A stretch of 29,295 nucleotides of DNA from a virus (lineage: Duplodnaviria; Caudoviricetes): the IMG/VR virus record IMGVR_UViG_3300025607_000005, positions 1 to 29,295 of that record; one strand, written 5' to 3'. Position numbers and translations under genes: made by a program. Every line of letters starts with the position of its first letter. The first letter of the stretch is position 1. A model generated the notes under the pieces. That model saw nothing but the letters and a program-made list of their open reading frames with translations. It searched no databases and had not been told where the DNA came from. Positions 25,884 through 29,295 of the stretch are shown piece after piece.

Positions 25884-27794
25884 ATGAATTTAATTAAAAT
25901 ACTAGTTTCATCACATAATGGTAGAGTGTTTGATACTACAGAACTTGATTATGTTAAAAAAACATTGTCTATTAAGCGCGAAAACAATGCTTTTTCACCT
26001 GATTTTGAGGTTAGTCATACCACACACCCCTTTTTAATTATTGAAAACGATAAATCAATAACAGCTTTGGGACCTCGCGATTTAACGACTGTTTTTAAAG
26101 TGAAAACAGTTACTGTTACCGTTGTTGAAATGGATCAGCATTATGTTGGTGAACTCCAAATTCGTCAGTATACTAATGGTTTTCGGAAGGCTAACCTAAG
26201 ATACGCCTCAAACCTATTAACATTAAAGGATAGTAAAATAGCTAGTTTTATGCCTGTTATTTCGGTTGTCCCAAACAACCCCAATCCTGCTCCTTATGTG
26301 GAAGAAACAATTAATATGCCTCCTCCATTTAGTTATTGGACGGATTATGTAACCGCACTTGAAACTAAAGTGTATCCGGATGTAATGTTTCAAGTGCCTG
26401 TTATGCATTGGCCTAATAAATTTGGGACTGAGATGAATGCGAATAGCGAGTGGTTTGATTATGGAGGAGAAATAAATAAACGGACTAACGGCTTACTTCA
26501 TTTTAACGATGGTTTTGGTGCGGATACACTTGCGCCAGTAAGTAATGTTAGTGTAGTGTCTCCCCAAGTGTTTTTATTAGCTCCGTTACATTATATTGCT
26601 CAAAGCATGGGGTATGCTTTAAAAGGAGACTTCCATACGCATGAATTTGTAAAAAAAATACTACTGTTTTCGGATAAAGATAACATGGTAGCTACAAATG
26701 TTGATGATGAAGATATTATTGATTTAAACAGTGAGTCATTTGTTGCTTACACAATAATAGAGGGTTTACCAGATAATAGATCTGCTCTTTCGGTGTTTTG
26801 GAATCCTGCTATGGGAGGTAGTGCAACCTTGTCTTATTATTTTGAAGTTCCTCCAAGTGCGATACCAGATACTTATGTTTCTTTAAATATAACTGGTTTC
26901 GATACAATAGAAATTTTAAACCAACAAATTGGAGCTAATAATGGCGATAACTATGTTTTTCAAGGAACCTTTCCGTTTTCGATTTCGGAAACCGATACGG
27001 GAACTATCCATTTTACACATACTAATGGTGTAAATCCCATAAATCCAGACCTTGAAATACAAGTTATTTCACCTAATAAGCATTATCATACCCATACTAC
27101 AGTCGATTTAGGAAGGTATGTACCTGATATGACGGTACCAACTTATTTTACAATGTTAAAAAACCTGTTTAATTTAAGTATTGAGGTAGATGATTCTGTA
27201 AGGGAAATTGATATTAATTTCAATGAAAATATAGGTGTAACTGAAGTGCCTGAGATATTAAATCATTCTTTGAAATTGGCACCTTTTAATATTGCTCCAA
27301 ACACCTCTTTTTTATTGAAATACACTAATGAGGTTGATGCAGCTATGTTTGTAACTAGGGATTTAGCTACTGTTTACTCTAATCAATATGATCAGTTTAA
27401 TAAAGAATTAAATATCCCGTTTAAAACAATACCTCATAACGGTACTACAAGTGAGTTGAGTAGTAAAGTAGTAGAAAGGGATGGTGTTGGTTTAATGATT
27501 TATGATCCAACGACATATCCAAATACAGCAACAGTTGTTGGAGGACAAACTTTATTTCTTGATGGTGTAGGTGGTATTTATGAATCGTTTTGGAAAAAAT
27601 GGTTGAAATTCAGGTTAAGTGCATCCAGAATAACATTGGAAGGGCCTTTAACAAGAACTGAATTTACTAAAATTAATAAAGCAAATGCTATGTATGTTGA
27701 TAATCAACACTACAGAATAGTATCAACTACATTAATGCAGTCCTCCAATACATTAAATGAAGTTAAGTTCGAGTTGGAGAGTGTTAATTTTTAA
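25884..27794 (+). CDS. Tail tip/hub protein (probable)
   Basis: 636 aa; last structural gene; VPDMT...F...LKNLFNL pattern. Confidence 0.6.
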   Translation: MNLIKILVSSHNGRVFDTTELDYVKKTLSIKRENNAFSPDFEVSHTTHPFLIIENDKSITALGPRDLTTVFKVKTVTVTVVEMDQHYVGELQIRQYTNGFRKANLRYASNLLTLKDSKIASFMPVISVVPNNPNPAPYVEETINMPPPFSYWTDYVTALETKVYPDVMFQVPVMHWPNKFGTEMNANSEWFDYGGEINKRTNGLLHFNDGFGADTLAPVSNVSVVSPQVFLLAPLHYIAQSMGYALKGDFHTHEFVKKILLFSDKDNMVATNVDDEDIIDLNSESFVAYTIIEGLPDNRSALSVFWNPAMGGSATLSYYFEVPPSAIPDTYVSLNITGFDTIEILNQQIGANNGDNYVFQGTFPFSISETDTGTIHFTHTNGVNPINPDLEIQVISPNKHYHTHTTVDLGRYVPDMTVPTYFTMLKNLFNLSIEVDDSVREIDINFNENIGVTEVPEILNHSLKLAPFNIAPNTSFLLKYTNEVDAAMFVTRDLATVYSNQYDQFNKELNIPFKTIPHNGTTSELSSKVVERDGVGLMIYDPTTYPNTATVVGGQTLFLDGVGGIYESFWKKWLKFRLSASRITLEGPLTRTEFTKINKANAMYVDNQHYRIVSTTLMQSSNTLNEVKFELESVNF

Positions 27795-28957
27795 AAAGAA
27801 TAAGAAGAGTTTTTTACCATTGCATCGGCACCGCTATTTCTATCAGTATATCCCTCAGTAACTTTTAAATCGTGGTGTCTGGCTTGGTCTCTTACTTTTA
27901 TTGCCGGTATTCCAGAGTTTAACAATTCTGTAATACCACTATCTTTTAAAGAGTAAAATTGATACACATCACTTAGTCTTAGTGCTTTTCGCATTCTTGC
28001 CCATTCGTCACTAATAGCTTTCGGTTTTAATTGTATGTCTCCGCACTTATAATTGTTTTCTGAAAATAAATAATCTGAATTTTTAGCGTTTTTTATATGG
28101 TGCGCTAACATATTAATGTACTCGTTAGGAATTGTGATTGGTTCTGTTTTGTGGTTTTTAGAATCATCTCCATCAATTAAAATGTAACCATCCAGAAGTC
28201 TTACATCTTTAACTTTGATTTTTGTTAACTCAGTTCTTCTAATAAAACAGTAGTAAGTAGCTAAGCAAAGTGTCATATAGTCTTTATTATTATTTAAAAA
28301 ATAATCTCCAATTTTCTCTCGGATAATTTTCGGTATGACTTTACGTTTCTTTTTCTCTTTCTTTTTCGTTTCCATTTTGGAGGTAGGATCTACTTTAATG
28401 AAATCACGTTGTAGCAAATACTTGCAAAAAACTCTTATTCCAAGTAAATAATTGTTGTGGGTTCCGGTAGAGTTATTTCTTTCATAATATATATGATCAA
28501 TAAACCCCTGGACAAAAGCGGAATTAAAATGAAGACAATACATTTCTTCCTTCCCCTCCCTGATCATATAGTTTTGCAGGTTTTTTATATAGGACCTATA
28601 TGACCTAACGGTATCTGGGCGTAAGGCTTTATCTTTTAATTGTTTTTGCAATCTCTTTAAATACAATTCCGCAACCTCATTTAAACTAGCAAAACTTCGT
28701 GTAGCTTCTTCTTCAATAAATGGGTTCCATCCTTTTTCAAGTTTAATATTGATTTCGGCTACTATTCTGCGTGCGTATTTTAGCCTTAGAGTAGCGTTGT
28801 TCATTGGCTTTACTCTATTCCTTTTTCTAACTAATTTGTTCGAAAACGGGTTTAAAACATAGAAGACAATGTTCCATTCTTTATTTCTTCTAAGTTCTGC
28901 GGGGACATAATCAACCAAAGGGATATTTGAGCTGAGATTTTTTTGAAGCTTTTCCAT
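27791..28957 (-). CDS. int: Tyrosine recombinase (phage integrase)
   Basis: FIRRTEL (catalytic R), K, YSLKD in place of HxxR, RH...T.GY; adjacent to the tRNA. Confidence 0.93.
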   Translation of the reverse strand: MEKLQKNLSSNIPLVDYVPAELRRNKEWNIVFYVLNPFSNKLVRKRNRVKPMNNATLRLKYARRIVAEINIKLEKGWNPFIEEEATRSFASLNEVAELYLKRLQKQLKDKALRPDTVRSYRSYIKNLQNYMIREGKEEMYCLHFNSAFVQGFIDHIYYERNNSTGTHNNYLLGIRVFCKYLLQRDFIKVDPTSKMETKKKEKKKRKVIPKIIREKIGDYFLNNNKDYMTLCLATYYCFIRRTELTKIKVKDVRLLDGYILIDGDDSKNHKTEPITIPNEYINMLAHHIKNAKNSDYLFSENNYKCGDIQLKPKAISDEWARMRKALRLSDVYQFYSLKDSGITELLNSGIPAIKVRDQARHHDLKVTEGYTDRNSGADAMVKNSSYSF

Positions 28958-29010
28958 TTTTTTTTTACCCTATTAACTAAAATTAAAAGGTAAAAAACTT
29001 GAAACTTGAC

Positions 29011-29031
29011 TTGACACAGTTTTGACACAGT
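29011..29031. repeat. TTGACACAGT direct repeat; candidate integrase arm-type sites
   Basis: Exact 10-mers at 29011-29020 and 29022-29031, between the int start and the tRNA. Confidence 0.55.
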
Positions 29032-29042
29032 GTTTTTAACTG

Positions 29043-29087
29043 AAAACACCTCAAACCCTTATAGTGAAAGGTTTGAGGTGTTTTTTT
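29043..29087. terminator. Hairpin terminator downstream of the tRNA (probably bidirectional)
   Basis: AAAACACCTCAAACC-N12-GGTTTGAGGTGTTTT. Confidence 0.8.
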
Positions 29088-29088
29088 G

Positions 29089-29162
29089 TAGCGTGAGGCA
29101 GATTCGAACTGCCGACCTCCTGAGTATGAATCAGGCGCTCTAACCAACTGAGCTACCACGCC
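29089..29162 (-). tRNA. tRNA-Met(CAT), elongator type; probable integration site
   Basis: Minus strand GGCGTGGTAGCTCAGTTGGTTAGAGCG-CCTGA-TTCATAC-TCAGG-AGGTC-GGCAG-TTCGAAT-CTGCC-TCACGCT-A; no initiator features; CCA not encoded. Ile2 not formally excluded. Confidence 0.93.
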
Positions 29163-29179
29163 ATTTTGCTAACGGTGTG

Positions 29180-29187
29180 CAAATATA
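29180..29187 (-). promoter_or_regulatory. Host -7 promoter element for the tRNA
   Basis: TATATTTG on the minus strand, 17 nt upstream of the tRNA. Confidence 0.65.
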
Positions 29188-29295
29188 AAAACAATATTAG
29201 ATACTGCAAGGAATATGTGTAAAATATATGAAAAAAAATATTTGTAAATTATTTTCTTTAATCTCTAATAAATATTTATATTGTGAAAAATATTG

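Larger units (their letters stand above)
1..29088. mobile_element. Prophage (temperate, siphovirus-like, Bacteroidota host); right part only, left end lies outside the window
   Basis: Co-oriented protease, capsid, terminase, portal, holin, tape measure and tail genes, ending in a tyrosine integrase next to a tRNA 3' end. No sheath gene recognised. Confidence 0.95.

Noticed and set aside
28852-29049. 65-aa minus ORF overlapping the int start, as an excisionase
   Set aside because: No HTH signature; spans the att-arm repeats and an A-tract.

Overview
Right-hand ~29 kb of an AT-rich temperate tailed prophage from a Bacteroidota (probably Flavobacteriaceae) host, judged from TAnnTTTG promoters and the gene families. 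It is integrated beside an elongator tRNA-Met(CAT) at 29089-29162. All phage genes are on the + strand except the tyrosine integrase. Order: iteron-like repeat cluster, candidate late activator, S49 prohead protease, capsid, tail tube, accessory block (5.2-9.5 kb), terminase, portal, adaptor, fibre-like genes, lysis genes, tail genes, second small accessory cassette (20.35-20.98 kb), tape measure, tail tip, integrase, tRNA. Main unexplained signals: (1) two copies of a structured leader RNA whose internal box is perfectly complementary to the start of the downstream gene and partly to the 5' leader, with compensatory changes that make each copy self-specific (C4/CI-like RNA switch); (2) a lipoprotein-type precursor with a duplicated acidic peptide core, in an operon with a membrane protein and a third paralog of the RNA-controlled protein (candidate peptide signalling module); (3) a five-copy TGTCCTATTTT-N17-(-7) promoter motif heading the structural operons; (4) a second iteron cluster 20 kb from the first; (5) a small ORF carrying a terminase-like segment. 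All product calls come from motif recognition and gene order; no database search was run.
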